DNA of 31,751 bases from an uncultured virus (IMG/VR IMGVR_UViG_2061766007_000036) (IMGVR_UViG_2061766007_000036), one strand, 5' to 3'. Positions 1 through 8,501 are shown, numbered from the stretch's first letter. Notes: generated by a model from the sequence alone, not told the origin. Program-made: numbers and translations.

Positions 1-98
1 ACTGTCTTGCTGTTGTACTGCTTTAACATCTCACATTCGAATCCGTTCTTCGCAAACCACTTCTCTGCGTACGTCTCGTTCTTCGTCTTCTCTTTCAT
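1..98 (-). CDS. Partial hypothetical protein (N-terminus MKEKTKNETYAEKWFAKNGF...)
   Basis: GGAGG RBS then ATG at 98; runs off window. Confidence 0.65.
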   Translation of the reverse strand, partial: MKEKTKNETYAEKWFAKNGFECEMLKQYNSKT

Positions 99-99
99 T

Positions 100-492
100 T
101 CAGTTCCTCCTCAAAAACTCCATTAGTTCATCAGCGTCAATCATTCTCTTTGCACGCTCTTTCTTTTCTGCGCTTGCGCAGTACCAATCGCCGCCATTCT
201 TCTGTAAGTTATATAGAGCGCAATACGAACCAATGTTCGGACGGTCATAATAGTATTTGCAGTCTTTGCATCTGACTATGCTTTCCACTTTGGCATGGCT
301 GACTTCAATCGTACTCGGGTACGCCGTGCCAATCGTTCCCGTCTGAATCGTTCCTGTCTTAATCGTTTCGGCAACAACATTATCGGTTTTCTTTTCTTTC
401 TTTTCTCTCTTCTCTTCCAAGGTCTTGCTTATCAGTATCACGCCAACGTAAATCAGCTCAACCAACGCAATTATCCTTATTACAAGCATCAT
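100..492 (-). CDS. Hypothetical protein with N-terminal TM helix and Cys-rich C-terminus (VRCKDCKY...C...YC)
   Basis: ATGA overlap with upstream stop; common phage CxxC motif. Confidence 0.7.
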   Translation of the reverse strand: MMLVIRIIALVELIYVGVILISKTLEEKREKKEKKTDNVVAETIKTGTIQTGTIGTAYPSTIEVSHAKVESIVRCKDCKYYYDRPNIGSYCALYNLQKNGGDWYCASAEKKERAKRMIDADELMEFLRRN

Positions 493-920
493 GCTTCCTT
501 CACCGTCCTGTACTCCAACGTACGCCGCCAATCGTCATACCCGAATACGTGGCTCTCGCACTTGTACTCCAACTTCACGCCCATCAGCTCCGCTACCTTC
601 TCTAAGTGCTCCTGTATCTTGTTTAGCGAACCCCGGTTCCACTCGAGCATTCCTTCCTCACAGCGGTGCTCCTTCTTGTGAGCATAGTTCAATGCCACCA
701 ACTCAGAGTAGTCGTTGTACTCCTCTATCAGCATCTTCAGCATCTCTCTCGTGGCATCCCACTCGCTGACCGCTTCTTCGTATACGTCCACTTCAAACCC
801 GTACCCGTCGTACGGCTTAATCGTGACCCCTTCCTGTCCGTCGTCTTCCCACACGCCTGTCACTATACATTTGTGTCCTCTGTGCATTACGACATCATCC
901 ACATTGTATTTGTGTTCCAT
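489..920 (-). CDS. Hypothetical protein, 143 aa
   Basis: AAGGAGGT RBS; ORF track. Confidence 0.8.
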   Translation of the reverse strand: MEHKYNVDDVVMHRGHKCIVTGVWEDDGQEGVTIKPYDGYGFEVDVYEEAVSEWDATREMLKMLIEEYNDYSELVALNYAHKKEHRCEEGMLEWNRGSLNKIQEHLEKVAELMGVKLEYKCESHVFGYDDWRRTLEYRTVKEA

Positions 921-956
921 ATGTACCTCCTTCTCTTTGTTTACCTTACTTTACTT

Positions 957-1132
957 GATGTCCGCTCACTTCGACCGCCGTATAGAGCCGCATCCCCTTC
1001 AACCCCGACGAATAGAGTATCCAGTGCGTTCGTCTTTCGCCCCCGGCGACCCAAGTGAACCGACATCTCTCGGGAGGGTAGCCGTCATTCCTCTTCTTTC
1101 AGATTCCCACCACGACTACCCATCATTCCCGA
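957..1132 (-). ncRNA. Candidate two-domain structured RNA / 5' leader
   Basis: Stems 1053-1067/957-971 and 1112-1132/1070-1085 with G.U pairs on the - strand; directly downstream of promoter 1143-1171. Confidence 0.55.
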
Positions 1133-1142
1133 TTTCGCTCTG

Positions 1143-1171
1143 ATTATACCACATATGTCAGCATATGTCAA
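1143..1171 (-). promoter_or_regulatory. Perfect sigmaA promoter TTGACA-17-TATAAT with extended -10 TG
   Basis: Direct reading; prototype of the early promoter family. Confidence 0.9.
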
Positions 1172-1443
1172 TGCCCAAATCCTAAAAATTTAGGAAAATA
1201 TATTACCATAGTCGACGCACAAAAAATACCCCAAAATTTTTTGGGGCACTTTCAAAAAGAGGAGTCCGATATATACGACGCATTCCTTATTATATGGGGA
1301 CATAGGCGTGGAGAGGGAGGATGAGGTCAAAATTTTTGTGAGGGTTTGCGCACCGCTTTCGAGCGCCCCCACTAAAAAGATTGATAATACGTATTTCAAG
1401 AATTGGGAGGGGGTAGGGCTTCCCCTCCCTCCGCCCCGAGTCA

Positions 1444-1454
1444 GATTGATAATC
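1444..1454 (+). repeat. First exact copy of dispersed polar motif GATTGATAATC (exact copies also at 1710, 3182, 5515, 5893, 6504, 6964, 7477, 8023, 8606, 9684, 14817, 16524, 18243, 19400, 21874, 22264, 23719, 24154, 25642, 25797, 26029, 26192, 28083)
   Basis: Counted by eye: 24 exact copies, all + strand; TATTGATAATC variants at 2521, 10719, 20440, 21200, 27430. Confidence 0.95.
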
Positions 1455-1700
1455 CTGCGTGCTGTGCGTGCGCCCCCTTCGTCTGAGCTCTGCTGTCTGT
1501 GTGCGCTGTGCGCCTCGCTCTGCGCCTCTGCATGCGTGCTCACTGCGTACGCTCTGCGTGTGCTCTGTGCTGTGTGGTCTGCCTCTCGCCTCTCTTGCTC
1601 TGTGCGCCTCTGTGAGCGTGTCTGTGTATGTATGCTCTTGCGTGCTGTGCTGTGCTGTGTGCGCCTGCGCTGTCTGTGCGGTCTCTGCGTGAACTGAGGC
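1455..1700. repeat. Low-complexity A-poor block of CTGTG/TGCGC/GCTCT short repeats
   Basis: Visible reiteration; non-coding; a similar block lies at 2335-2515. Confidence 0.8.
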
Positions 1701-1731
1701 ACGAGTGCTGATTGATAATCCTGTGTGGCGC

Positions 1732-1760
1732 AAAAAAGCGCTCGCCTGTCGGCGGGCGCT
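1732..1760 (-). terminator. Intrinsic terminator
   Basis: GC-rich stem (1738-1746/1751-1759) followed by T6 on - strand. Confidence 0.8.
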
Positions 1761-1770
1761 GTCTGTGCTT

Positions 1771-1923
1771 TTATATGACTGTCCATTCGAACGGCGCTAT
1801 GCGCTTCAGCGTTCTGTATGACTCTGCGCCTGTCCACTCGTTCACATAGGTCTCACGAACCACAAGGGCGTTTCCCTGTTCGTCTCTTTCCACTACTTCA
1901 ACGTTAATAGGCATCTCTTTCAT
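1771..1923 (-). CDS. Hypothetical protein, 50 aa (MKEMPINVEVV...)
   Basis: AGGAGG RBS before ATG 1923. Confidence 0.75.
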   Translation of the reverse strand: MKEMPINVEVVERDEQGNALVVRETYVNEWTGAESYRTLKRIAPFEWTVI

Positions 1924-1963
1924 TGTTTCGTCCTCCTCTTTTCTGTTCTCTGTACAGGGCTTT

Positions 1964-2116
1964 TCAGCCCTGTACAGGAATCCATCTGCCTTCATCGTTT
2001 TTGAGGCTTGCTATCGGCTGTGCGAACCGCTCGAACCTAACTGCGCCGTGTCTGTCTTTTACGCTCCGCATCGTCTCGCCTGTGCGTCTGTCTTTCCATA
2101 CCTTAATGACTGTCAT
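1964..2116 (-). CDS. Hypothetical protein, 50 aa (MTVIKVWKDRRTGETMRSVKDRHG...), not in ORF track
   Basis: AGGAGG RBS; first gene after promoter 2167-2194. Confidence 0.7.
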   Translation of the reverse strand: MTVIKVWKDRRTGETMRSVKDRHGAVRFERFAQPIASLKNDEGRWIPVQG

Positions 2117-2166
2117 TGTTTTGCCCTCCTGTGAAGTTGTTTTGTTGTTGTCTGTTTACACTACCT

Positions 2167-2194
2167 ATTATACATATATTTACATAGATTGCAA
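2167..2194 (-). promoter_or_regulatory. sigmaA promoter TTGCAA-16-TATAAT
   Basis: Direct reading. Confidence 0.65.
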
Positions 2195-2560
2195 TAGCAA
2201 AAACGCATTTTTTCGGACTTTTTCTGCGTTTCTATGTTTTGCACAAAACAGATATGTTTACATTGCTGTCAATTGTGCAATATGCTGACATAGCATTTAT
2301 TCGTGTATTCGGCTGTATTGCGTGTATTGCGTTTGAGCCTCTGTGCGCCATTTTAAGCGCTTTTTGCGTCTGCATATGATGATACCTGTCAAGCGCATTG
2401 TATGAGACCGCTGTGTGCTCTTGTGCGCTCTCTGTGCGCCATGTATGCCTCTGCGCTCTATGCACGCTCTATGCGCATGCCTCACCGTGAGCGCCTCACG
2501 CTCGCTCGCACGGCATACGGTATTGATAATCTTAGCGTGGGCAAAAAAATAAGAGCGGGA

Positions 2561-2758
2561 TTACTCCCGCTCCTCTTTCTTTAACTCTATCCATAGCGTG
2601 TCAAGTATGTAGGCTATGTAGTTCACCGTGCGCTTCGCAAGGTCACCGTCAGCCTTCCAAAACTCGCCCTTGTATATGTTCCGTGCAATTCTTCCCTCTT
2701 CCGTCACCATGACCTTCGTCTCTCGGTCAACCACCGTGAACAAATCAAATACCGTCAT
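2561..2758 (-). CDS. Hypothetical protein, paralogue of 2771-2962
   Basis: MTVxxLxxVV...IYxG...GDLAKxTV shared. Confidence 0.75.
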   Translation of the reverse strand: MTVFDLFTVVDRETKVMVTEEGRIARNIYKGEFWKADGDLAKRTVNYIAYILDTLWIELKKEERE

Positions 2759-2770
2759 GACATCTCGCCC

Positions 2771-2962
2771 TCACATCACAACAACGACCAACTTGTCGTT
2801 GTAGGCGAACAGCATGCCAACGGTCTTTTTTGCAAGGTCTCCGTGCTGAAGCAGTTCTTCAGCGTTCCGAACCACGCCGTCGTAAATGGGCTTGTTCTCC
2901 ACATCAGAAAACCGAATGCTCGCACCATCGGGAACCACGTTCAAAAGTTCTTTTACTGTCAT
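2771..2962 (-). CDS. Hypothetical protein, paralogue of 2561-2758
   Basis: GAAGGAGG RBS; shared motif. Confidence 0.8.
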   Translation of the reverse strand: MTVKELLNVVPDGASIRFSDVENKPIYDGVVRNAEELLQHGDLAKKTVGMLFAYNDKLVVVVM

Positions 2963-3009
2963 CTCAAGTCCTCCTTCAAAGAATCAGATTCATCTTCTAC
3001 CGTGACTCT

Positions 3010-3038
3010 ATTATAACATATAATTACATAGGTGTCAA
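3010..3038 (-). promoter_or_regulatory. sigmaA promoter TTGACA-17-TATAAT
   Basis: Direct reading. Confidence 0.85.
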
Positions 3039-3056
3039 GCCGTGGGCAACAAAAAA

Positions 3057-3299
3057 TTACTCCAATGCGTCCATTTCGCCCAACAGGTCATCCGTGAGTG
3101 CATCCACAACTCCACGAATTGCTATCTTCAGAGTCGCTCTGGCAACCGGCGTGGTCACCGGCAGCACCAGCTCGTCGCACTGATTGATAATCTCCAACGC
3201 ATCCATGTACGCCTGCCTCTCCTCATACATCGTCGCTATTCCTCTTGCTCGGTTCAACTTTTCGTCTGTAAGTCTTCTTGCGTCGTTCCCTACGCTCAT
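3057..3299 (-). CDS. Hypothetical protein, 80 aa
   Basis: ATGA coupling to upstream gene. Confidence 0.75.
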   Translation of the reverse strand: MSVGNDARRLTDEKLNRARGIATMYEERQAYMDALEIINQCDELVLPVTTPVARATLKIAIRGVVDALTDDLLGEMDALE

Positions 3300-3652
3300 A
3301 ACTCCACCCCCCTTTCCATCAACTCAAGGGCATCTCCCTCGTTCAAGTAATTCTTTCCGAACTCCTGTCGGAACTGCTCTATCGTCCATCCCTGCTCAAT
3401 CATAGCCTGCTTCTGTGCAAAACTCTGCAACCACTTCATCGTAGCCTTGTTGTTGTGTACAGCGTCAGCTCCGAAGATATGGCATCTTGTGTGGCACAAC
3501 CAATACACCAATCCGTACTGCTCCGATTTCGCCCTCAGTGCGCCCGGAAATGCGTGGTGCTTGTCTAACGGGTCACCGTGCCCGTTCCTACCGCACAAGA
3601 AACAGCGCTTCTGTCCTTGGTCGTAGTCATCGTATGTAATAGTATCTCGCAT
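3296..3652 (-). CDS. Zn-binding HNH-like phage protein (putative nuclease)
   Basis: CFLCG...LDKHH...LCHxxCH...AVH motif. Confidence 0.65.
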   Translation of the reverse strand: MRDTITYDDYDQGQKRCFLCGRNGHGDPLDKHHAFPGALRAKSEQYGLVYWLCHTRCHIFGADAVHNNKATMKWLQSFAQKQAMIEQGWTIEQFRQEFGKNYLNEGDALELMERGVEL

Positions 3653-3869
3653 ACCTCTTCCTTTCACCGTCAGCGTTTACGGACTCTTCCATCACCGTGG
3701 CGATGTTGTGTCCCTTCTTCTTCAGACGGAATACAATGTCTGCCAACCTCGTAGCCCTGTACTCCGTGATTGCCTCCCAACTCGTGAGGCTGCCCTTGGT
3801 TTGAAAATGCGTAAGCACTTCGTTCGTCTGTGTCTCAACGCTCTTCTCCACTGTGTTGTTGTTCATCAT
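3627..3869 (-). CDS. Winged helix-turn-helix protein (HTH_39-like)
   Basis: GSLTSWEAITEYRATRLADIVFRLKKKGHNI...RYARYY. Confidence 0.75.
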   Translation of the reverse strand: MMNNNTVEKSVETQTNEVLTHFQTKGSLTSWEAITEYRATRLADIVFRLKKKGHNIATVMEESVNADGERKRYARYYYIR

Positions 3870-4390
3870 CTTTCCTCCCATTCGTTTAGTAAAGCATTTA
3901 GTCTATCCTCGGGCATTGTTTCTATCCCGTATTGCCTGCACTCCTCTATCAGACCGTCAATTAAGGCACTCATCTGCCGTGAGTCGTAGGAACTGCTCCC
4001 GTAGTACACAACTATGTTCGTGCATCCCTCTAACTTGCTCGGCATCTCCTCGCACTGCCACCCAATCCCGTTGGACTCCCAACTTCGCTTGAACGCTTCC
4101 TTCGCTTTGTCCTGCAAACAAATCACGTCGGATACGCCCCCGATTTCCCGGATGGCAGATTGATAAACCTCGGTCTTCGTCAGACCCAACCGTGAGGCGA
4201 GCTTCCCTATCAGCACCCACGCATACCCGTTGGCATCAAGGCTCCGCTTCCTCTTGTAGTCTTTTATCTGTACCTCAACATCCCGACCGTGGAACTCATC
4301 AAATACATCCTCTATCGTCTCGTCAGTCTGCAATGTAACTATCCTCTTACCGTCACGACTGAACACAAGGTCAATCAACTGAGCCTTCAT
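3866..4390 (-). CDS. NinB/Orf-like recombination accessory protein
   Basis: KRSLDANGYAWVL and GSSSYDSRQMSALID motifs. Confidence 0.75.
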   Translation of the reverse strand: MKAQLIDLVFSRDGKRIVTLQTDETIEDVFDEFHGRDVEVQIKDYKRKRSLDANGYAWVLIGKLASRLGLTKTEVYQSAIREIGGVSDVICLQDKAKEAFKRSWESNGIGWQCEEMPSKLEGCTNIVVYYGSSSYDSRQMSALIDGLIEECRQYGIETMPEDRLNALLNEWEER

Positions 4391-4598
4391 CTTCGTCTCC
4401 CTCGTCCGTCACATCCACCGTGTCATCCTGCCTGTACCACACGAACTCTTCGTGTCCGCACCGTGAGCATCTCAGAACCTCTATCGTTACGTTCCTGTAC
4501 CTCTGTACCACGTCATACACGCAAGCATCTAACTCATGCACCCCATCGGGCTTCACCGTCAGCCCCTCGGGCCACTCACACTTCTCCACCGTCAACAC
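4371..4598 (-). CDS. Hypothetical protein with CxxC (start uncertain)
   Basis: ORF track; LRCSRCGHEE. Confidence 0.6.
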   Translation of the reverse strand: MLTVEKCEWPEGLTVKPDGVHELDACVYDVVQRYRNVTIEVLRCSRCGHEEFVWYRQDDTVDVTDEGDEDEGSVD

Positions 4599-4648
4599 CT
4601 CTTACCGTGTGTCAAAGTGTCGGCACATCTATCCCTTGAACTGCCTGT

Positions 4649-4677
4649 ATTATACCACATATTGCGTTCTATGTCAA
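4649..4677 (-). promoter_or_regulatory. sigmaA promoter TTGACA-17-TATAAT
   Basis: Direct reading. Confidence 0.85.
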
Positions 4678-4797
4678 CAACAAATCCTAACGTCGTCGGA
4701 TAGAACGTTTCCTGCACACGCCTTCGACCTCAGATTGAATATCTTGCGCAGGCAAAAAAGAACGCCCCCGATTTCTCGGGGGCTTGTCGTCAGAGGC

Positions 4798-5382
4798 TTA
4801 CGCCACCGTCACGAAGTGGAGTTCGTCCCCTTCCGCACGGAGGAAGTAGAAGCCGTGCTCACGCATTACGTCGCACACGAGCTCCTCGTCGAGGTCGTCG
4901 AGCATCGTGCACACCGTGGCATCGGCGAAGTACACGAAGTTGTCGAACACGGAGAGCATGTAGGAGTTCGTGTTCAGAGCCTCGCAGAGGTCACGCTCTG
5001 CCTCGTTGCAACGGCGGTAGAGTTCCGCCTTGACCTTGGCTTCCGCCTCCGCAATCTCACGCAGTTTGCGGGAACGCTCGCTCTCGTGCTTCACGTACTC
5101 CCCAAGGCTCGGGTCAGCCTTGAGGGCTTCCACCGCATACACGTTGCGGTAGAAGTCGTCGGTCGTCATCCAACCGTTGGCGACTCCGTACGCCTCGTAG
5201 GCTTCCCAAAAGGGACGCACGGACTCGGGCTGTCCCTCGGCACATACCGTGTCGAAGTCACGGCAGTCGAAGTCGTGGGCGAGGTAGCCAATCTCGGCAT
5301 ACGTGCCAACCTCACGGTAGCCCTGCATCTTGGCGACCCACAGGGTCTCGTCGTGAATGGTCTGAAGAGAAATGGTAGTCAT
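4798..5382 (-). CDS. Acidic hypothetical protein, ~194 aa
   Basis: GGAGGT RBS; own promoter 5428-5456 and terminator ~4754-4782. Confidence 0.8.
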   Translation of the reverse strand: MTTISLQTIHDETLWVAKMQGYREVGTYAEIGYLAHDFDCRDFDTVCAEGQPESVRPFWEAYEAYGVANGWMTTDDFYRNVYAVEALKADPSLGEYVKHESERSRKLREIAEAEAKVKAELYRRCNEAERDLCEALNTNSYMLSVFDNFVYFADATVCTMLDDLDEELVCDVMREHGFYFLRAEGDELHFVTVA

Positions 5383-5427
5383 AGTAAGTACCTCCGTCAA
5401 TGTAGTAGTAATCTTGTTTACATCCTA

Positions 5428-5456
5428 ATAATAGCATATGTTAATATATATGTCAA
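5428..5456 (-). promoter_or_regulatory. sigmaA promoter TTGACA-17-TATTAT
   Basis: Direct reading. Confidence 0.8.
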
Positions 5457-5562
5457 CACTTATTTTTAATTTTTTTAAATTTTTTTCGCAGCTCGCAGAC
5501 TGCCTGCGCCCATTGATTGATAATCCCCCAACCCAAAAAATCAGAGGGGCTTTCGCCCCTCC

Positions 5563-5760
5563 TCAGTCGTTGTCCCATCTGTTCCGCAGTTCGGTGTCGT
5601 TCGCCTTAGCCCACTCCTTGAGGTCTCTCAGCGTCTCCGTGTGAGTCCCTGCGCTCCACCTCTCGCCGACATACCGCCCTCTCTCGTCCACGTAGTCCGC
5701 ATTGACGTACCATCCGCCGTACATGCTCTTGCCGTAACTTGCCACATGAATCTTAGTCAT
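5563..5760 (-). CDS. Hypothetical protein, 65 aa
   Basis: AGGAGGT RBS; promoter 5806-5834; terminator 5535-5562. Confidence 0.8.
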   Translation of the reverse strand: MTKIHVASYGKSMYGGWYVNADYVDERGRYVGERWSAGTHTETLRDLKEWAKANDTELRNRWDND

Positions 5761-5805
5761 CTTACGTACCTCCTAAGTAATGTTGTCTCTTTACCTTACG
5801 CTCTA

Positions 5806-5834
5806 AGTATAGCATATGCTTACATATGTGTCAA
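5806..5834 (-). promoter_or_regulatory. sigmaA promoter TTGACA-17-TATACT with CATATG-N4-CATATG
   Basis: Direct reading. Confidence 0.8.
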
Positions 5835-5913
5835 GCCTTTTCTGCAAAAAAATAAAATAATTTTTTGCACGCACGTCGTCCGAACCATCTCTGATTGATA
5901 ATCCTCGCCCACT

Positions 5914-5941
5914 AAAAAAAGAGGGGAGCCTCGCTCCCCTC
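5914..5941 (-). terminator. Intrinsic terminator
   Basis: GAGGGGAGC/GCTCCCCTC stem plus T7. Confidence 0.85.
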
Positions 5942-5947
5942 GTCTCT

Positions 5948-6115
5948 TCAGTCTCCGCAGACAACTACGGTAAACTTGCTCCAATGTACACCGCTCACAT
6001 CAGCATAAGAGTTCACCGCAAAGTTCCCTTCGCTCTCCGCCTCGTACGCACTGTCGTACTCGTAGTTGCTCGCTGTAACAAGTTTGTTGCCGAGCCAAAT
6101 CTCGTATCCGTACAT
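5948..6115 (-). CDS. Hypothetical protein, 55 aa (MYGYEIWLGNKLV...), not in ORF track
   Basis: TGATG coupling to upstream gene; GGAGGT RBS. Confidence 0.7.
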   Translation of the reverse strand: MYGYEIWLGNKLVTASNYEYDSAYEAESEGNFAVNSYADVSGVHWSKFTVVVCGD

Positions 6116-6357
6116 CAGTCAGCCACCTCCATCTTGTCGCAGTCGGCTTTGCCGAGTCCGCAGAACGCTTTAATGTGCTTGCCCGTGGTCGCCGACCATC
6201 CCCACCAAAGGCGAGTCAGCGAGCCGTCTGCGTTCCTACGCATCACGGGGGTCGTGTAACTCACGAGGGTCTCCGTGCCGTCATCGTCTACGAGCACCCG
6301 TGCCTTGCCGTAGAAACTCTTCTGACTTGTTGTGGGCTTCAGTTCGTATTCTCTCAT
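6115..6357 (-). CDS. Conserved phage hypothetical protein
   Basis: KSFYGKA...LVSYTT...WSATTGKHI motif typical of phage early genes. Confidence 0.8.
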   Translation of the reverse strand: MREYELKPTTSQKSFYGKARVLVDDDGTETLVSYTTPVMRRNADGSLTRLWWGWSATTGKHIKAFCGLGKADCDKMEVAD

Positions 6358-6406
6358 TGTGGTAGTCTCCCTTCAAAGTATGTTGTCGTGTATTCCCTAC
6401 ACCAAT

Positions 6407-6435
6407 ATACTACCACACATATACGCATATGTCAA
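6407..6435 (-). promoter_or_regulatory. sigmaA promoter TTGACA-17-TAGTAT
   Basis: Direct reading. Confidence 0.75.
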
Positions 6436-6552
6436 CACTAAATCTGCAAAAAATAATAAAAATTTTTGACGGCGTATCTTCAGCCCCTTCGACCGCTCAC
6501 AATGATTGATAATCCCCACCCGCTAAAAAAGGAAGGGCTTTCGCCCTTCCCG

Positions 6553-6819
6553 TCAGCAGTGGAACTCGTATTTGCAGTACCACCAAATCTGTCTGCCCTT
6601 CTTGTAGCGAACTGCGAGGTTGTCGTACCATCCTCTGTCGTGAGCCTTAACCCACTTCTTCGCCTCTTCGTAGTTGGGCAGTGTCATCGTGTCCATCCAT
6701 CGGAACGTTATCTTCTGCTCGTAGTCTCCCTCGTACTCCGCCACTCTTGAGCAATCCCGCTCAATCTGCCTCTTGCTGACCTTAATGGGGTAAACGGTCT
6801 CGCCAACGTAATGTCCCAT
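6553..6819 (-). CDS. Hypothetical protein, 88 aa
   Basis: RBS; promoter 6866-6894. Confidence 0.8.
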   Translation of the reverse strand: MGHYVGETVYPIKVSKRQIERDCSRVAEYEGDYEQKITFRWMDTMTLPNYEEAKKWVKAHDRGWYDNLAVRYKKGRQIWWYCKYEFHC

Positions 6820-6865
6820 AGTATGTACTCCCTTCAGTGTTGTATTGTATTTACCTTACGATGTT

Positions 6866-6894
6866 ATTGTACCACATATGTACACATATGTCAA
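6866..6894 (-). promoter_or_regulatory. sigmaA promoter TTGACA-17-TACAAT with CATATG-N4-CATATG
   Basis: Direct reading. Confidence 0.85.
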
Positions 6895-7014
6895 CACTAT
6901 TTTGCACTTTTTTTGTCTTCTTTTTTTGCCACACCGTCAGCTCCTTCCGCCTCCGCACCATCGGATTGATAATCACACCCACCTAAAAAAGAAGCGGGCT
7001 TCCGCCCGCTCCCG

Positions 7015-7239
7015 TCAAATCTTCCGAATCACATCGTAGTCAAGTACGCACATCCCAAGGCTTCTTCCGTTGTCCCATGAGACGTGAACTGTACCCATAT
7101 CGTCAACGCACCGAACAGTGCCCTCTGTGCCCTCTGCTATCGGTCTTGGGTCATCTCCCATATGGACAAGCACAACCCTGTCACCCTCGCTGTAACGTCT
7201 CTTGACGCTCTTCACAGCGTCTCTACTAATTCCCCACAT
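7015..7239 (-). CDS. DUF4314 domain protein
   Basis: GDRVVLVHMGDDPRPI...GTV..VDDMGTVHVSWDNGRSLG. Confidence 0.85.
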   Translation of the reverse strand: MWGISRDAVKSVKRRYSEGDRVVLVHMGDDPRPIAEGTEGTVRCVDDMGTVHVSWDNGRSLGMCVLDYDVIRKI

Positions 7240-7381
7240 ATTTATCGTCCTCCTTCTAAAGTTTAATCCATCGTCTTGTGGAGCCCTCAGCCCACCGAGT
7301 TATCTTCTGCCGAGGCTACTGCCAAGGCTACCGACTTTCTCGCCTACAGGTAACTGAGCCGTACTCCTGTTTTCTGATATA

Positions 7382-7410
7382 ATAATACCACATATGTAAC
7401 CATATGTCAA
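7382..7410 (-). promoter_or_regulatory. sigmaA promoter TTGACA-17-TATTAT with CATATG-N4-CATATG
   Basis: Direct reading. Confidence 0.85.
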
Positions 7411-7526
7411 CACCTAATCCTAAAAAATTATTATTATTTTTCCGACGCACGTCGTCACCCGTTCGACGACCGCCTTGATTGATAATCTTCCCCCACTAAA
7501 AAAGGGGAGGTTTCCCTCCCCTCGTC

Positions 7527-7871
7527 TCATGCCCACTCTTCCTCTACCACCGCCGCAACGGCTTCGGGGAGAAGGTAGCACCGAATGGAGACATCCATCG
7601 TCTCGGGGTCAATGTATCCGCCCATCCCGAACTCGTAAATGGTCTCCTGCATGAGCACCTCGTTGTGCATGAGGCACTCTTCCGCATCCCACCTGCTGAA
7701 CGTGTAGGAACCCGAAGCGTTGCCTGTCACAGCGTCTTCCGTCCACAGCGTATCAATGAGCCATTGCTCCATCTCTTCCGCCGTGCCGAACTCGGGAACG
7801 TATTCCCTGTTCTCGTCAAGCCATTCTTTCACGTCAGCCTTCACGTGGTTTCTGTATCCGTATCTCTGCAT
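7527..7871 (-). CDS. Acidic conserved phage hypothetical protein
   Basis: VTGNASGSYTF...DVSIRCYLL; promoter 7922-7950; terminator ~7498-7523. Confidence 0.8.
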   Translation of the reverse strand: MQRYGYRNHVKADVKEWLDENREYVPEFGTAEEMEQWLIDTLWTEDAVTGNASGSYTFSRWDAEECLMHNEVLMQETIYEFGMGGYIDPETMDVSIRCYLLPEAVAAVVEEEWA

Positions 7872-7921
7872 TTAAAAGTCCTCCTTCAAAGTGTCAGTTG
7901 TTTACCTCTTGAACTACACTA

Positions 7922-7950
7922 ATTATAGCGTATGTTAACATAGGAGTCAA
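7922..7950 (-). promoter_or_regulatory. sigmaA promoter TTGACT-17-TATAAT
   Basis: Direct reading. Confidence 0.8.
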
Positions 7951-8082
7951 GCACTTATCCTAAACTGTAACTATTTGTAACCACCGTCGTCTCCCAAGCC
8001 CGGTCATCTCGCTCGAGCCCAAGATTGATAATCGCACCCGCATAAAAAAGAGCGGGGCTTTCGCCCCGCTTCGCTCTGCTCA

Positions 8083-8454
8083 TCACCACAGCAGTTTATC
8101 CTTTGCAATCAAGTCCCAATCGGGCTCGTAGCCGTACCGTGCTTCCCACTTCTCCACATCGCAAGGGTCTACAGGGCAGAGCTCTGCATCGAGTTCATCC
8201 ACAGGGCACAGCGTTCCATCCCCAAGGTCGAGCATCTCGTAGCCTTCCTCGTCCGTCACGTGAGGGAACATCTTCAGCAGACAGTCTCTGCAATAAATCC
8301 CTTCATCCACGTAACCGTGTTCATTCCTATACATGAAGCGCCCAACCTCATACAGTTCTTCGGGTTCTTTCTCTTTGCCACACTTGTCACAAGTGCAAGT
8401 GCACTCGCACCACACCTCACCGTGAACTTCTTCCCAAGACTCATATCTAATCAT
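8083..8454 (-). CDS. Zn-finger-like acidic hypothetical protein
   Basis: CDKC...CRDC; GAAGGAGG RBS before ATG 8454. Confidence 0.75.
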   Translation of the reverse strand: MIRYESWEEVHGEVWCECTCTCDKCGKEKEPEELYEVGRFMYRNEHGYVDEGIYCRDCLLKMFPHVTDEEGYEMLDLGDGTLCPVDELDAELCPVDPCDVEKWEARYGYEPDWDLIAKDKLLW

Positions 8455-8501
8455 CGTCAAGTCCTCCTTCAAAGAATCGTGTATCATCTCTAACCATCTA
8501 T

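Noticed and set aside
1190..1837. ORFs of 215, 147 and 129 aa across the repeat block
   Set aside because: Stop-codon depletion from low-complexity A-poor sequence; they cross a terminator and promoter-proximal DNA
4420..5469. 349-aa + strand ORF
   Set aside because: Antisense shadow of well-punctuated - strand genes; no RBS or recognisable motif
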